A stretch of DNA of 63,360 nt, counting the filler, from Thraustochytrium aureum (Eukaryota), in the NCBI GenBank assembly GCA_012862495.1. It is 6 parts of 3 records of this genome, joined end to end, with 100 filler letters (N's around TTAATTAATTAA, not from the genome) between each part and the next. Parts side by side here need not be neighbours in the genome. Positions count along the whole stretch, not along the records: positions 22,148 to 30,429 come from BLSG01000142.1; positions 30,530 to 47,745 come from BLSG01000142.1; 4 more parts are not named here. One strand, 5' to 3'. The notes under the pieces were generated by a model that searched no databases, was not told the DNA's origin, and saw nothing but the letters and a program-made list of their open reading frames with translations. How positions within the stretch are numbered: the first letter of the stretch is position 1; each line of letters starts with the position of its first letter. Position numbers and translations under genes: made by a program. Positions 23,477 through 35,751 of this stretch are shown one piece after another.

Positions 23477-25699
23477 ATGGACCAGTTTGAGCTCGTTCGA
23501 CGGCTCGGCCAAGGCGCGTTTGGCGAGGTGACCGAGTGCAGAGACCGGCGCAACGGCGACCGCCTTGCTGTCAAGGTCATAAGCAACAAAAGGTACGAGA
23601 CCTGGGCGGAATGTCTCAAACTGCGCGAGGTGCGCGCGCTCCGGCAGCTCGGAAGCCACCATCCAAACATCGTTGTCCTTCGGCAGGTGATAAGGGAGAA
23701 CAAAAAGCTCTTCCTGGTCTTTGACTACCACCCCACGACGCTGTACTCGCGTATCAAGCAAATTCGCCTCAACAACGAGAACCGCGTGGGCCCTCAAGAA
23801 AGGATTGCACTGTCGACAGTTGCTCGATGGAGCGCTCAACTCCTCTCCGCGCTGGCGTATATGCACCGTCATGGCTTCTTCCATCGCGACATCAAGCCTG
23901 AGAATCTCCTGCTCGGCGCAAATGACAGTATCCAGGTCTGCGATTTTGGACTCGCTCGCGACGTGCGATCACGCCCGCCATACACCAACTATGTGTCGAC
24001 CAAGTGGTACCGAGCCCCAGAGCTTGTTCTCCGCGGTGCTGTGTACAACAGCCCGGTGGACATTTGGGCAGCGGCCTGCGTGATGGCCGAAATGCTCACG
24101 CTCCAACCGCTCTTTCCTGCAAAAGACACCGTCGAGCACCTGCTGTACATTGGCAGCCAAATCGGCCCAATCTCGCCCTCGTCGTGGGGTGCTGGATACG
24201 CACTTGCTGTAAAGCACGGGATCAATCTCCCTCGCGTCAGAAGCAATCGCACACTAGCGGACATCTTGCTCGAGAGGTTTTGCGAAGGCACTCTACTCGA
24301 CAAGGGAGAGCCGCGCGAGTGCGTTGCGCTCATGTGCGAAATGCTTCGCCTTGACCCGAATTCGCGGCCAAGCGCTGCCGAGTGCCTCTCGCACCCGTTC
24401 GTGCGCGAGCATCACGAAAGCGAGCACCTCATAAACGCTTCGCCTCCTGCGGACTTGGCATCGCCACACCCAGCCAGGAACGCCGGGCCAGCAGAGCAGG
24501 GCGAAATCGAAGCCTTTGACGATTCCACAGGGATTGAAAGAACGGCAAGCAGCCCCAAATTGAGCGCACAGTCCCCGTCACAGTGTCGTCCGACTCCTGT
24601 TGTTCGTCGAGGAAGCGCGTTGCGCATCCTCACACAAGAAGTGGACGAGTTGGCTCGCGAAATCGAAGACATTCGCACGAGCCCAACCCGACTCGGAGAG
24701 GCCGAGGCCGAGGCTGTGTCCCTTCCTCGAGTAGTGGCTGAGAAAAGCCAAGACGCGCCTCCGGAGCTCCCGCGCAAGCCAAAGTACGCGCGCGCAAACA
24801 GCATCGAGCGCCGGAAGATGGTCTCGCAGTACCTCAACTCTCTCGAAGACGATGTCGAGGACGAGGAAGAAGGGGACTGTGGAGAAGACTCGTCGAGATC
24901 AACTAGGCGTGCCCAAAGCACAGACGTCTGCAACGACCATGAGGCCGCCCAGACGTCCCGCGCGCGACCAGCTGCTGGAAACGAGCTTGACGAAGACGAG
25001 GATGTGGTGCTCTGGCGACGCCGAGGGGCGCCGGACGCCACAGCGTTCTCAAAGGCTGTACCGGCAAGTCCACCGTTGCCAGTGGGTCCCCCACTTCATT
25101 CTGTAATTGTCGAGAAGGCCGAGGAGCTCTCGCCGGGAGCACTGGGCGCAATTGACGAAGTTCAGGCGAGGCGTGGCCATGGGCTGAACGACGCAGCTGG
25201 CTTGGAGGACGACCAGGGCGAGGACAAGGACGAGGAAGACTCCGATTCCGGAGACCTCGACCTCGAGCTCGAGTCGCTTGCCAGTTCGGGCTTTCAACAA
25301 GACTTGCCAGCCTCAAATGCACGTGGCTCGCGGGCCCCGTCCGCTGCGGGCGATGAGACAGACGAAGAGTTTGACTATGACTTTGAAGACCAGCATGCTG
25401 CCGCCGCGACGCCAGAGATTGCTGACGGAACGGAAATCTCCACAAACGAGCGTGAGTGGGAGGAAAGGAAAGTGAGCTATCGCAAGTTGAACAGCCCTGC
25501 CAAGCCTAGCGTGTCCCAGGAAAGGCAATGCAGCATTTGCGATGACGGTCGCCTGATCAGCAAACTCGAGGCCACGATCGCGGAACAGGCCAAGGCGCTC
25601 TCAGAACAGGCCCAACTGATCGCTCAGCAAGCCCAATCGGTTTCGGATCTCCAGAGGCGCTTGCAAGCTGCTCAATTTGGATGCGGTCCAACGATCTGA
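23477..25699 (+). CDS. MAK/ICK-like (RCK family, CMGC) Ser/Thr kinase with a long acidic C-terminus
   Basis: GQGAFG, AVK, WAECLKLREV, FFHRDIKPENLL, DFGLARDVRSRPPYTNYVSTKWYRAPE and YNSPVDIWA. Confidence 0.9.
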   Translation: MDQFELVRRLGQGAFGEVTECRDRRNGDRLAVKVISNKRYETWAECLKLREVRALRQLGSHHPNIVVLRQVIRENKKLFLVFDYHPTTLYSRIKQIRLNNENRVGPQERIALSTVARWSAQLLSALAYMHRHGFFHRDIKPENLLLGANDSIQVCDFGLARDVRSRPPYTNYVSTKWYRAPELVLRGAVYNSPVDIWAAACVMAEMLTLQPLFPAKDTVEHLLYIGSQIGPISPSSWGAGYALAVKHGINLPRVRSNRTLADILLERFCEGTLLDKGEPRECVALMCEMLRLDPNSRPSAAECLSHPFVREHHESEHLINASPPADLASPHPARNAGPAEQGEIEAFDDSTGIERTASSPKLSAQSPSQCRPTPVVRRGSALRILTQEVDELAREIEDIRTSPTRLGEAEAEAVSLPRVVAEKSQDAPPELPRKPKYARANSIERRKMVSQYLNSLEDDVEDEEEGDCGEDSSRSTRRAQSTDVCNDHEAAQTSRARPAAGNELDEDEDVVLWRRRGAPDATAFSKAVPASPPLPVGPPLHSVIVEKAEELSPGALGAIDEVQARRGHGLNDAAGLEDDQGEDKDEEDSDSGDLDLELESLASSGFQQDLPASNARGSRAPSAAGDETDEEFDYDFEDQHAAAATPEIADGTEISTNEREWEERKVSYRKLNSPAKPSVSQERQCSICDDGRLISKLEATIAEQAKALSEQAQLIAQQAQSVSDLQRRLQAAQFGCGPTI

Positions 25700-26317
25700 C
25701 TTGGACTTGGCTCTTCTTGTTGATCAAAAGATTGATCTAGATTGAACTGAACAGATTTTCTTGTCGCCGCGTGCCACGTCCAGCTGATCCATCCAACGAA
25801 CGAGCGCGACGACAAGCCATGACGCGTCATCATCATCAACTTGTGTCAGTTGTGCTCAGAGTACTCTACCTATGCGCTCGGCGCTGATGAGAAAGCGGCG
25901 CCTTGCCATGTTCTTCAACTGCTCTTAGTTGTCCTGTCATGTGATGGTAGATAGGTACTCACTTATGTGGGCGGTTTCTCCGAGAACAAAAGAAGTGATC
26001 GCTCACGGTTGACGAGCAGAGTCCTCAGTAGTAGAGACAGACACGAGTTGCGCACATCGGTGATGAGCAGCGGCAGTTGCAGAATAGATCGAGACCCTCG
26101 ACGAGCAGAACGGCAGAAGACGCCAAAGTGGGCGGCGGTCTTGGTACTTAGCGGCCTCAGCGCCGAGGACTTGGGGCGCGGCATTCTGAAAAGCCAAGCT
26201 CGCAGCCCCACTTGCTCAACCTCGATAACTCGCGTTCACCAGGACAAGACAGGCGGGCTGGGCGCGCCCGCGGGGCTTGCGTCTAGGGTCGAGACATAGG
26301 TGCTGGTATTCGCAAGG

Positions 26318-27561
26318 ATGACGGGCCCGCGATGGGTGGATGCCCGGCGCGTGGTTGAGGGCGACCGCGAAAACGCCCTGGTGCGCGTGCCAGAGCCCGT
26401 AAGTTGCCGTGCTGTACGGCTGACGTTTCGCGTTTATGCTTCTGACGCCTTGGACAGGTGCACCGCGTTTCTGCGCTCTCCAGTGGGCTTTCGTTGCGAA
26501 GCAGGCCTCGCGCGAGCTTGACAGCAATTCGCGATACATGCTTGGCTTATGAAGCGAAAGGCGCTGGCAAGTACACCAACAAAACCCTTGCGGGCAGGTA
26601 TCTGTTTGACTTGTCGCGGGAAGTGCAACGCATGCTAGAGGACGTCGGCAAGTCGATGCAGGAGAAGCAGGCGCGCATAGATGGCCTCGAAGATACGTTG
26701 CGCGAGTGGACCGAGGCCTTTGGGCCCGTCCTCCACAGCTGGCGACCGGGGCACACAGAGGATAGCGCCAACGCGCAGCAGCGAACCACCGCGCACGTGC
26801 TTGATACCGAGCTGTGCTGCAACTTTGACGCGAGTGGGCGCCTGTGCTCCTTGCACGTCGCATCCCCAGCACGCCTCAAAATCGTTCTCGACGACCACTG
26901 CGCAAGGATTTGCGAGCTCGAAAAGCAACTGCGCGACCAAGAATTGCGCGCTACTGAGGCAGCAAGGCAATTTCAGAGCGAGCTCGACAACCAAGCACGG
27001 CTCCTGAGGCACCAGTACATGGAGGACGCGAGCCACTCGCAAAACGCCCACTCGGCAGAGCTCGAAAAGCTCAAGCGGCGGCACGCACGACGGGTCGATC
27101 GGCTCACGCAAGACGCAGCCGCCGAACGTGCCAAGCTATTGGCAGAGCAGCCCGACGTGGCTTCGCTGGAGGAGCAGCTCCGTCTTGCAGAGAGGCGAGT
27201 TGATTCATTGCTCGCAACGAACGCCGACCTGTCAGAGCGATGCCAGGAGCTCAATACGGTGTGTCAGAAGACGTGGGAGGCCGCCGTTGCAGAAGCTAGC
27301 GAGTTTGTTCAGGATAGGCACCGTTCCGAGGTGGTATTCCTGGAAAACCAGATCGACTCTATGCGGCGACAGCAAGACCTCGCCTCTGCGCAGGCGACTC
27401 GCCGGCTGGAGGAGGAGCGGCGGGAAGTCGTCGCTCCGCTTCGCGCGCAACTTGCAAAGCAAGAACGGTCGACTGGTGATCTTGAGAGGGAGAACGAGTA
27501 CTTGCGAGGCCGTGTCAAGGAGCTCAACCGCCTGGTGGCAGCGATGCAAAATGCGCTTTAA
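26318..27561 (+). CDS. Coiled-coil protein of unknown function, 2 exons
   Basis: ATG at 26318, in-frame intron 26399-26457 (GTAAGT..CTGAC..CAG), then long E/Q/R/L heptad helices. Confidence 0.6.
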
Positions 27562-28033
27562 AAACGTGCCCTGGCTAGCTAGAACCTGCTCTGTCCTGGA
27601 AAGTGCCTGCCACGAGCGTCTTTGAGTCTTCGCTCTACTTTCTCTCTCGAAANNNNNNNNNNNNNNNNNNNNNNNNNNNNNNNNNNNNNNNNNNNNNNNN
27701 NNNNNNNNNNNNNNNNNNNNNNNNNNNNNNNNNNNNNNNNNNNNNNNNNNNNNNNNNNNNNNNNNNNNNNNNNNNNNNNNNNNNNNNNNNNNNNNNNNNN
27801 NNNNNNNNNNNNNNNNNNNNNNNNNNNNNNNNNNNNNNNNNNNNNNNNNNNNNNNNNNNNNNNNNGACCTGCAACCCTCAACACGGTCTGTCTACGGAGA
27901 AGGGAATTTGAAAGTTCAGATCCCGGGCCCTCGCGAAGAAGCGGTCGCACCATTTCCCAAGTGAGCAGTCTGGAATGGGCAGATTTTGCTCACGACTCTG
28001 GTCCGTCCGGAGATGTTGGCGAGGTCGCTCCCG

Positions 28034-30085
28034 TCATAAAGGCCGACATACTTGCCGGGCCCTCGTCCCGCGACGATCCAGGCCGGGAACCCCGGAAACG
28101 GACGACCTCGACGGCCGACCGCGCGAAAACGAGTCGTATGGCGAGAGGGCCTCCCCATGGTTTGTGCGGGGCGAGTTGGCGCTGGCTGCTGCTGCTGCTG
28201 CTGCTGCAGATTTTGTGAGATTCATTTGCACGATCTCCCGCAGCTCCTGAGTTGTGATAACACGTGTTTCGGCCTCTTCCGTCTCGATTGACCCCATGAA
28301 TCCGCGGTTCTCCGGTTTGATGTCGAACAGAGCGGAGACATCGTCGTTGGTGAGGTCTGGGACGAGAATGGATGCCTCTTGACGCGATCGCACCGGCGAG
28401 GCTGGCCCTCCGTAGAGCTCCAATGCTGACACAAAGCTTGCCGGCCTGGCTGAGCTGAAGCTTGGATTTCTTGCACGAATATTCCCGACGGCTTGCTCTG
28501 GAGTCGCCACACGAACTCGTTGGTCGCCGACGAGGCCCTGCTGTGAGAGCACGCGCTTCTTCAGGACCTTGCACATCTCAATCGTCTTGAGCTCGATCTG
28601 GCCGAGTGTCTGCATGAGCGAGCTGTGCGAGGACTCAGCATCCACGAGCTGCTCTGGCATGGCGACGCCGGCGCCGCTAAAGTGCTGGGCGAGGCGTTGG
28701 ATGGACTGGAAGAGCGCCGCCAGAGTGTCCTCTTTCGCCGCGATACCGCTTTGCATCTTTTTGTTGCCGGCGCGCAGGCCGTCAAGGCGGCCGTGGAGCT
28801 CGTTCTTGATTCTCTCCTTGTTCAAATCGTTTTTGCCCTGCTCTTTGGCGTACTTTTCAAAGTCGAGCCGGCGCGCAGATAGCTGCGCCTCTAACTTGTA
28901 GTTTTCGTCTTGGACTTGCTGCACGTAGCTGAGCAGACCGAACGCCTCGTCGTAGGTCTGCACATACTCTGCAACGATGTCGCCAAGGGAAAGGTCGTGC
29001 CCCGCCTCGTTTCGAGCCTCTGAGAGAATGCGGTCAAAGGCCTCTTCGTAGTTCCATATCGCCTCCTTCTGCGTGCTTTCGATTTCGTGCGACTTTCTCT
29101 CGATCTTGGCGTTAAGCGCGTTGAGCCGCGCCTTGAGCTTTGCTTCCTCTTCAGGGTCGAGCGTGCCGCTCCCAATTTGAGCCTGCAGCTGGTTTGCGCG
29201 CCTCTTGAGAGACGCGGTCTGCAGCTCGGTCTGCAAGCTTTCCTGCTTGGAGATCACGTCGTCCAGCTCGCGGTGCTCCTCTGCAGCGCGCTCTGTGTCC
29301 TCCTGTTCCTCCTGCACAACCCGCTGCAGCTCGCTCTGCGCACGCAGCCTGCTTTCGTTGAGGTCGTTCGACATTTTCAGAAGACGCGCCATTTGTTGCT
29401 GCTTTTCTTGAAAGCATTTGCGCAGGCGGAGCTGCATCTGCTCGAAGATCTGGCGCTCTTTGCGCTTCTCGTTGATCGCTTGGACTAACGCGGCGTTCTC
29501 GGCATCAACTTTTGATGAACGTGTCAGGATGCGGTCTAGTTTCGACGAAAGCGTGCGGCAGACTGCCTGGACTTTGACGTGCTGTTCGTACGTTGCTTTG
29601 GCGCCACCTCGCTCGCGCTTCTTCAATTTCTCCTCCAAAATGCGCGACTCGACCGCCTGCTTTTTAATCGCGAGGCTCTCCAGCCGACCCTTGAGCAGCT
29701 GTGCCGCCCGGACCTTGCGGTCGACCTGATCCTGAAGCTTTTGCCTCTCAGCCAGCGGGTCAGCAGTGGTCGCCCTTTGCGATTTTGCCGGTTGCTCGTC
29801 AATGTGCCGCGCGCGCTGACCGCTGGCACTCCGTGCAGCGCTCCCGCCAGTACCTGTGCCCTGCCTCGTCAGCGCGGTGAGCAGGCTAAATTCGATCTCC
29901 CTGGAGAAAAGCAGCGTGTCCTTGTTCTTTCGGCCCTTCTTGCCTTTGCTTTTCTTCGGCTTCTTCTGCTTCTTCGGGGCCGACTCCAAGCGCCTGTGCG
30001 CTTCAAGCGCGGCCTCGAAGCTTGACCGTCGCAGCTCGTCTGCCTGCCGCTGCAGCGCTTCAATGGCGTCCTGCGCCGCCTCCAT
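28034..30085 (-). CDS. Outer dynein arm docking complex subunit, DC2/ODA1 (CCDC63/CCDC114)-like
   Basis: Coiled coil with L..KLDR....N..L...IN..RKER.IFE and YEEAFDRI......IV..Y....DE.F.LL.YV blocks typical of the ODA-DC2 family. Confidence 0.75.
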   Translation of the reverse strand: MEAAQDAIEALQRQADELRRSSFEAALEAHRRLESAPKKQKKPKKSKGKKGRKNKDTLLFSREIEFSLLTALTRQGTGTGGSAARSASGQRARHIDEQPAKSQRATTADPLAERQKLQDQVDRKVRAAQLLKGRLESLAIKKQAVESRILEEKLKKRERGGAKATYEQHVKVQAVCRTLSSKLDRILTRSSKVDAENAALVQAINEKRKERQIFEQMQLRLRKCFQEKQQQMARLLKMSNDLNESRLRAQSELQRVVQEEQEDTERAAEEHRELDDVISKQESLQTELQTASLKRRANQLQAQIGSGTLDPEEEAKLKARLNALNAKIERKSHEIESTQKEAIWNYEEAFDRILSEARNEAGHDLSLGDIVAEYVQTYDEAFGLLSYVQQVQDENYKLEAQLSARRLDFEKYAKEQGKNDLNKERIKNELHGRLDGLRAGNKKMQSGIAAKEDTLAALFQSIQRLAQHFSGAGVAMPEQLVDAESSHSSLMQTLGQIELKTIEMCKVLKKRVLSQQGLVGDQRVRVATPEQAVGNIRARNPSFSSARPASFVSALELYGGPASPVRSRQEASILVPDLTNDDVSALFDIKPENRGFMGSIETEEAETRVITTQELREIVQMNLTKSAAAAAAAASANSPRTNHGEALSPYDSFSRGRPSRSSVSGVPGLDRRGTRARQVCRPL

Positions 30086-30473
30086 CGTTCTGCGACGTGG
30101 GAGCAAGCAGCTGAGACGCGCAAGGGCCGTGGCAGTGCTCAGGCTCTTTCCGGCTCCTCGCAGCCGCCCCACGGTCAACGTGCGCGAGCGAGGCAAGCAG
30201 GATCTGAACTGCACTTGAGGCCTCGTAGCCGCGGGCCTCGTAGCCGCGGGCCTCGGCACGTCGTCAGCGTCTGCGCTTTCGCGGCGCTCGCGCGCGAAAT
30301 GAAGCAGGCGAGCGATCTATTCGGTATCTGCGCCGCGGACGCAAGGGCCTCTGAGAACCCACAAACGCGGAGGAAACGACTCCGCTCGATGCCGCAGAGC
30401 CGAGCGAGGCGCGAAGTTGTATTCATTCANNNNNNNNNNNNNNNNNNNNNNNNNNNNNNNNNNNNNNNNNNNN

Positions 30474-30485
30474 TTAATTAATTAA
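30474..30485. other. Artificial scaffold linker
   Basis: TTAATTAATTAA within Ns. Confidence 0.95.
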
Positions 30486-31615
30486 NNNNNNNNNNNNNNN
30501 NNNNNNNNNNNNNNNNNNNNNNNNNNNNNCCCATGTTTACGCCTGGCCATCGCCATTTGCGTGATAGCAAGGTGAGAACATGGAAAGCAGCAAGAACGCA
30601 GGGCATGCAGCGAAGCTGTCGCATTTCGCATCTTGACAACACCAGTCCAACTCAACACGATGATCTCCACCCAAACGCGTGCAGCCCAGAGCAGGGTCAA
30701 GTGCAAGAGGCAGCTTTCACTCATTGATGTTCTGCACCATCGCCCATACAGAAGCGTTCTGCAAGAATTTATGCCCTTCGCGAGACGAGTTTAGTTTGAA
30801 ACCAGCATCAAGATCTTGATCCAATTGCAAGCTACCAGCTTTCAGTTTTTGAGTCAAGATTTGTCTGTGCAAGTACCAACAACTGGGGTGATCTGTGGGT
30901 TTGAAGAAATCAGCATTCGATAGGCATTCGCGAGGTGGCACGCCCTCGGTTGTGCAAGTGCTGTTCAGCGTCAGGGTGGCTCCGCGGTGTTGTTGCGGTG
31001 CCGTGTAGCGAATCACGGGCGAGATGATCTGCTCTGCTCCGTTGTGCAATTCTGGAGGAGGCAACTTGAAGACGAAGCAGCAGCATCCTCATGCAGCGTG
31101 AAGCGGGACGCCCCTGCGCGCGACAGCAGCCGCGACCCCAGCCGCGATCCCAGTGAAGACCCGCAGGATCCCGAATCACAGCCAAACGTCCGAAGAATGA
31201 TGGCAATCCGCTATTAATTTGAACACGGAACGTTTTGCTGACGATCACCTGCGGGTCGGAGTAGTTGCACCGCGCAACCGCTTGGCGAAATAGTCAAAGG
31301 CAACGAGACGTTGCCTGCGAGCCGTATCCACCGGCAGTCTGAAACCAGGCTTTTCAGCTCCGAGCAAATCGCGTTGTGGCCTTTTGTTGGGCATTTGGGG
31401 TCAGTTCTCCATGCGAGTCGCGGAGCGCTCAGACGGCCTTGTTCTCCACGACTTGGCGCTCAAGTGGACTGTGGTACACAGGCGAGATGGACTCAAGTTT
31501 GCTACAGGCGAAAGGGGACGTCTTGTCAAGCTTGTTCTTCAATTACGCAGGGAAACACATCTAAAAGCTTCGCTTAGCTGGGGAGTTGATCATATTTGAA
31601 AACGAAGGTTCGCCG

Positions 31616-32226
31616 TTACACATCGGCCGGGGTGATCTTGCCCTCGCGCTCCTCGGGGAAGTCGTGCGCGAACACGCGCTCGAGGTACGCCTTACCGTCC
31701 TTCTTGAAGTACCAGAAGGCGAACGCTGCGTGGGCGGCGATGAGGGCGAGCAGGCCGATTACGGCGCCGACAACACCACCGGTCTCGCCGCCCTCAAACC
31801 CGATCGAGACGCCGAGGAAGATCCCTGGGTAGACAATGAAGAGCATGAAGATGTAGAAGATCGGGAAGGACTTGAACGTGGCAGCAAGGTCACCGAGGCG
31901 GCGCGCGGCGCTGATCGGGATGTTGCGGATGAACGGAACCGGGTAGAAGATGATCACGCCAAACACGTTGAACAGGACGTGGACCGCGGCGATTTGGAAG
32001 CCGAGCTCCGAGTTACCGACGAGTGAAGCGAGAATGCCAGTCACAGTCGTGCCGATGTTGGCGCCGAGGGTGAGCGGGAGCATGCCTTCGAGCGAGAGGG
32101 TGCCCATGGCGACGAGCGGGGTCAGGGTCGAGGTGGTGATCGACGAGGACTGCACAAAGATGGTCACACCTGTACCGACGAGGATGGCGAGGTATCCGTT
32201 CATGTTGAGGGCCTTCTTCAACATTT
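31616..32226 (-). CDS. SLC34/NptA Na+/phosphate cotransporter, C-terminal half (5' end in gap)
   Basis: VQSSSITTS and LGANIGTT signature motifs, HVLFN and several TM helices. Confidence 0.9.
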
Positions 32227-35200
32227 NNNNNNNNNNNNNNNNNNNNNNNNNNNNNNNNNNNNNNNNNNNNNNNNNNNNNNNNNNNNNNNNNNNNNNNNNN
32301 NNNNNNNNNNNNNNNNNNNNNNNNNNNNNNNNNNNNNNNNNNNNNNNNNNNNNNNNNNNNNNNNNNNNNNNNNNNNNNNNNNNNNNNNNNNNNNNNNNNN
32401 NNNNNNNNNNNNNNNNNNNNNNNNNNNNNNNNNNNNNNNNNNNNNNNNNNNNNNNNNNNNNNNNNNNNNNNNNNNNNNNNNNNNNNNNNNNNNNNNNNNN
32501 NNNNNNNNNNNNNNNNNNNNNNNNNNNNNNNNNNNNNNNNNNNNNNNNNNNNNNNNNNNNNNNNNNNNNNNNNNNNNNNNNNNNNNNNNNNNNNNNNNNN
32601 NNNNNNNNNNNNNNNNNNNNNNNNNNNNNNNNNNNNNNNNNNNNNNNNNNNNNNNNNNNNNNNNNNNNNNNNNNNNNNNNNNNNNNNNNNNNNNNNNNNN
32701 NNNNNNNNNNNNNNNNNNNCTGCTTCGCGAGCGAGCCGCTTGTGCTGTTGCGAGTTGGTTTGGGGTCTGCTGCTCGATCGGGGTCTGCTCTTCCGCCTGC
32801 CGCACTTGATATGGGCGCAGCGGCACTTGACAATGGCGCAGCAGCCCGAGCAGGCGAATGCGGAGCAAGAGCTGTGGCCATCAACAGCGCAGTTGCGCAA
32901 GGAAATCTACTCGCGAAACCATTGTGGCGCAGTTTCTAGCTAGTAGATAAAGATGAGCGAGCTTTTGTTTTAGGTAGCAGGTCCAGACAACCCACCGCCC
33001 GCATTTTACGCAGACAAAACTCCCTCAGTGTCTCATCGTGTCCCCCCTTTCAAGGACGGGAGACAGGGGAACCCGTTCGGATTCGTTTCCCCCGAAACCC
33101 ACAGTTATCATTTCTGCTGTAATGAGAGTACGTTTGATTTTCGTCATTTTGATCCCTCTCAAGGAACTACTTGAATGAAAAAAGCAAGCTCGAAAAAATA
33201 TGCCTCCTCACATAAACAGGCCTGTTTTGAGCTCCCCCCCCTAATTTGGCCTCGAACTCGACCTTCAAGACTCACGCCATCGCACACCCTGCCGATTCGC
33301 GATGTGTTGGGCGCGAATCTTGTGAACGAGCGTGACCAATTTCTGCTTCATGCAGAGTGCCGCGTGCCCTCGCCGCATTCCTTCCGCTCCTGCAGGTATC
33401 AGCATCAGTCAGCTTCACGGGCGTTGCTTGCTGCTGGCAGGTAATCTCTCTGCGCGGCGCGTCAGCCATTGCCGTGACCAGCCATTACGAATCTTTCGAT
33501 TCCGGGGCTGCTTGCACACACGCGCGGCTCGCCACAGCCACCCTAGCGCATGCTCTCGCCCGGATTGCGACCGGCTCAACGGGGCTGGCCTCCGGCGATA
33601 TTGATCATGAGGCGCGTCGGTGCGCTCGCTTGCTGGGTGCTCTTGGGAGGGTGGCTCACGCCCACCCAGCCCGCACGCACCCCCACGCCCGCACGCATGA
33701 GAGCGTCGGCTTGAGCGCCGAGAAGCGACAACTCGAGCGAGGTACGACGCATCCAGAGGGAGAAAAAACAGCAAGTAGATTGAATTGAGTACTCTACCTT
33801 CTTGCTTACAGCCCACTGGCACTGCTTGCAAGTATCGACGGAGAGACATTCGCGCGCCACTGCGATTGAATCTCGCCGGGGCGGTGGTCACCCCATGCGG
33901 GTCGTGCTGCTGCTTGCGTCCTTCACGTCGTTCAAATCTGCCTTGCTCCGGTCCCGCACTGGGGTTTTTCACGCCGGCGACGCGCTGCTTCTCGCAAGCA
34001 GCCGTGCAATTTCGCGACCCGTCGCTCTTCCTGCTCCAGCCGGCCGTCGCGAGGCGGTCGCCAAACGACGCCAGGGTGGCTGCGGTGCAAAGCCAGCTAG
34101 CTAGCCCTCCATCCCTCCCATCCATCCATCCAGCCAGCCAGCCAGCCGCTGGTGCTCCTTGCAAAGAGCGAGTTGGCAAGCACGCGAGGGAGAGCAAGGC
34201 TTGGCCCTGTGCAAAGCTCGGCGAGTCCAGAACGCTGTTGGCGTGAAGAGCCCTGCGGGCGGACCATTTGACGTCAAGGATATCTGTGATGCCGCGACTG
34301 ATCGACAGTCGATCGATCGCCTCGGCCTGGTCGAGAGTCGCCATTCCATAGATTCGTCGTCACGCGCGGCTCACAAGCCAACCAACCACCACCCAGCTGC
34401 GCGCGACTTTCTCGAACGAAAGTGTCACGCAGGCCACCCTGTTGGAAGTTCGTCTCCATCACAACTTGAATCTGGCCGGGAGAAGGAAGGTGAGGCGGGA
34501 GCCCGACGCGGCTGTTTGCTGGGGGGTGTGTAAGATTCGCGACTGTGTGGTTCTGGGGGCCACTGCGCTCGCACGACGGCGCTACTGCGGACTTACTCTT
34601 TAGCGAGCTAGGGTGATTGCCAAATGTCAGCGTTTATGTAGCTTTCGCTGTTTTGCGGAGCGGGGCGATTTTCCCTCCCGGCGTGCGTGGCGACCCCTCC
34701 CAACACGAGAGGATGGACGATGATCGCCTCGGAGATTCGCGCGGCCTCTGGAAACGAACTCCATGGACTGCTTCCAACGAGCCCCTGATGAACTGCATGC
34801 GACGAACGAACGAATCACCGCGGCTTCACTTTCTAAACGAACCTCCGTTGTACGTCGCGAAGAAGGCGACCTTTATTCCCCCTCTCTGTCCTACGCCTCG
34901 TTCAGGGATCCTTTCCTTGCTCACTCTCTTCGTCCCCCCNNNNNNNNNNNNNNNNNNNNNNNNNNNNNNNNNNNNNNNNNNNNNNNNNNNNNNNNNNNNN
35001 NNNNNNNNNNNNNNNNNNNNNNNNNNNNNNNNNNNNNNNNNNNNNNNNNNNNNNNNNNNNNNNNNNNNNNNNNNNNNNNNNNNNNNNNNNNNNNNNNNNN
35101 NNNNNNNNNNNNNNNNNNNNNNNNNNNNNNNNNNNNNNNNNNNNNNNNNNNNNNNNNNNNNNNNNNNNNNNNNNNNNNNNNNNNNNNNNNNNNNNNNNNN

Positions 35201-35751
35201 NNNNNNNNNNNNNNNNNNNNNNNNNNNNNNNNNNNNNNNNNNNNNNNNNNNNNNNNNNNNNNNNNNNNNNNNNNNNNNNNNNNNNNNNNNNNNNNNNNNN
35301 NNNNNNNNNNNNNNNNNNNNNNNNNNNNNNNNNNNNNNNNNNNNNNNNNNNNNNNNNNNNNNNNNNNNNNNNNNNNNNNNNNNNNNNNNNNNNNNNNNNN
35401 NNNNNNNNNNNNNNNNNNNNNNNNNNNNNNNNNNNNNNNNNNNNNNNNNNNNNNNNNNNNNNNNNNNNNNNNNNNNNNNNNNNNNNNNNNNNNNNNNNNN
35501 NNNNNNNNNNNNNNNNNNNNNNNNNNNNNNNNNNNNNNNNNNNNNNNNNNNNNNNNNNNNNNNNNNNNNNNNNNNNNNNNNNNNNNNNNNNNNNNNNNNN
35601 NNNNNNNNNNNNNNNNNNNNNNNNNNNNNNNNNNNNNNNNNNNNNNNNNNNNNNNNNNNNNNNNNNNNNNNNNNNNNNNNNNNNNNNNNNNNNNNNNNNN
35701 NNNNNNNNNNNNNNNNNNNNNNNNNGCTCCCGCGATGTGCTGTTTCACGTG

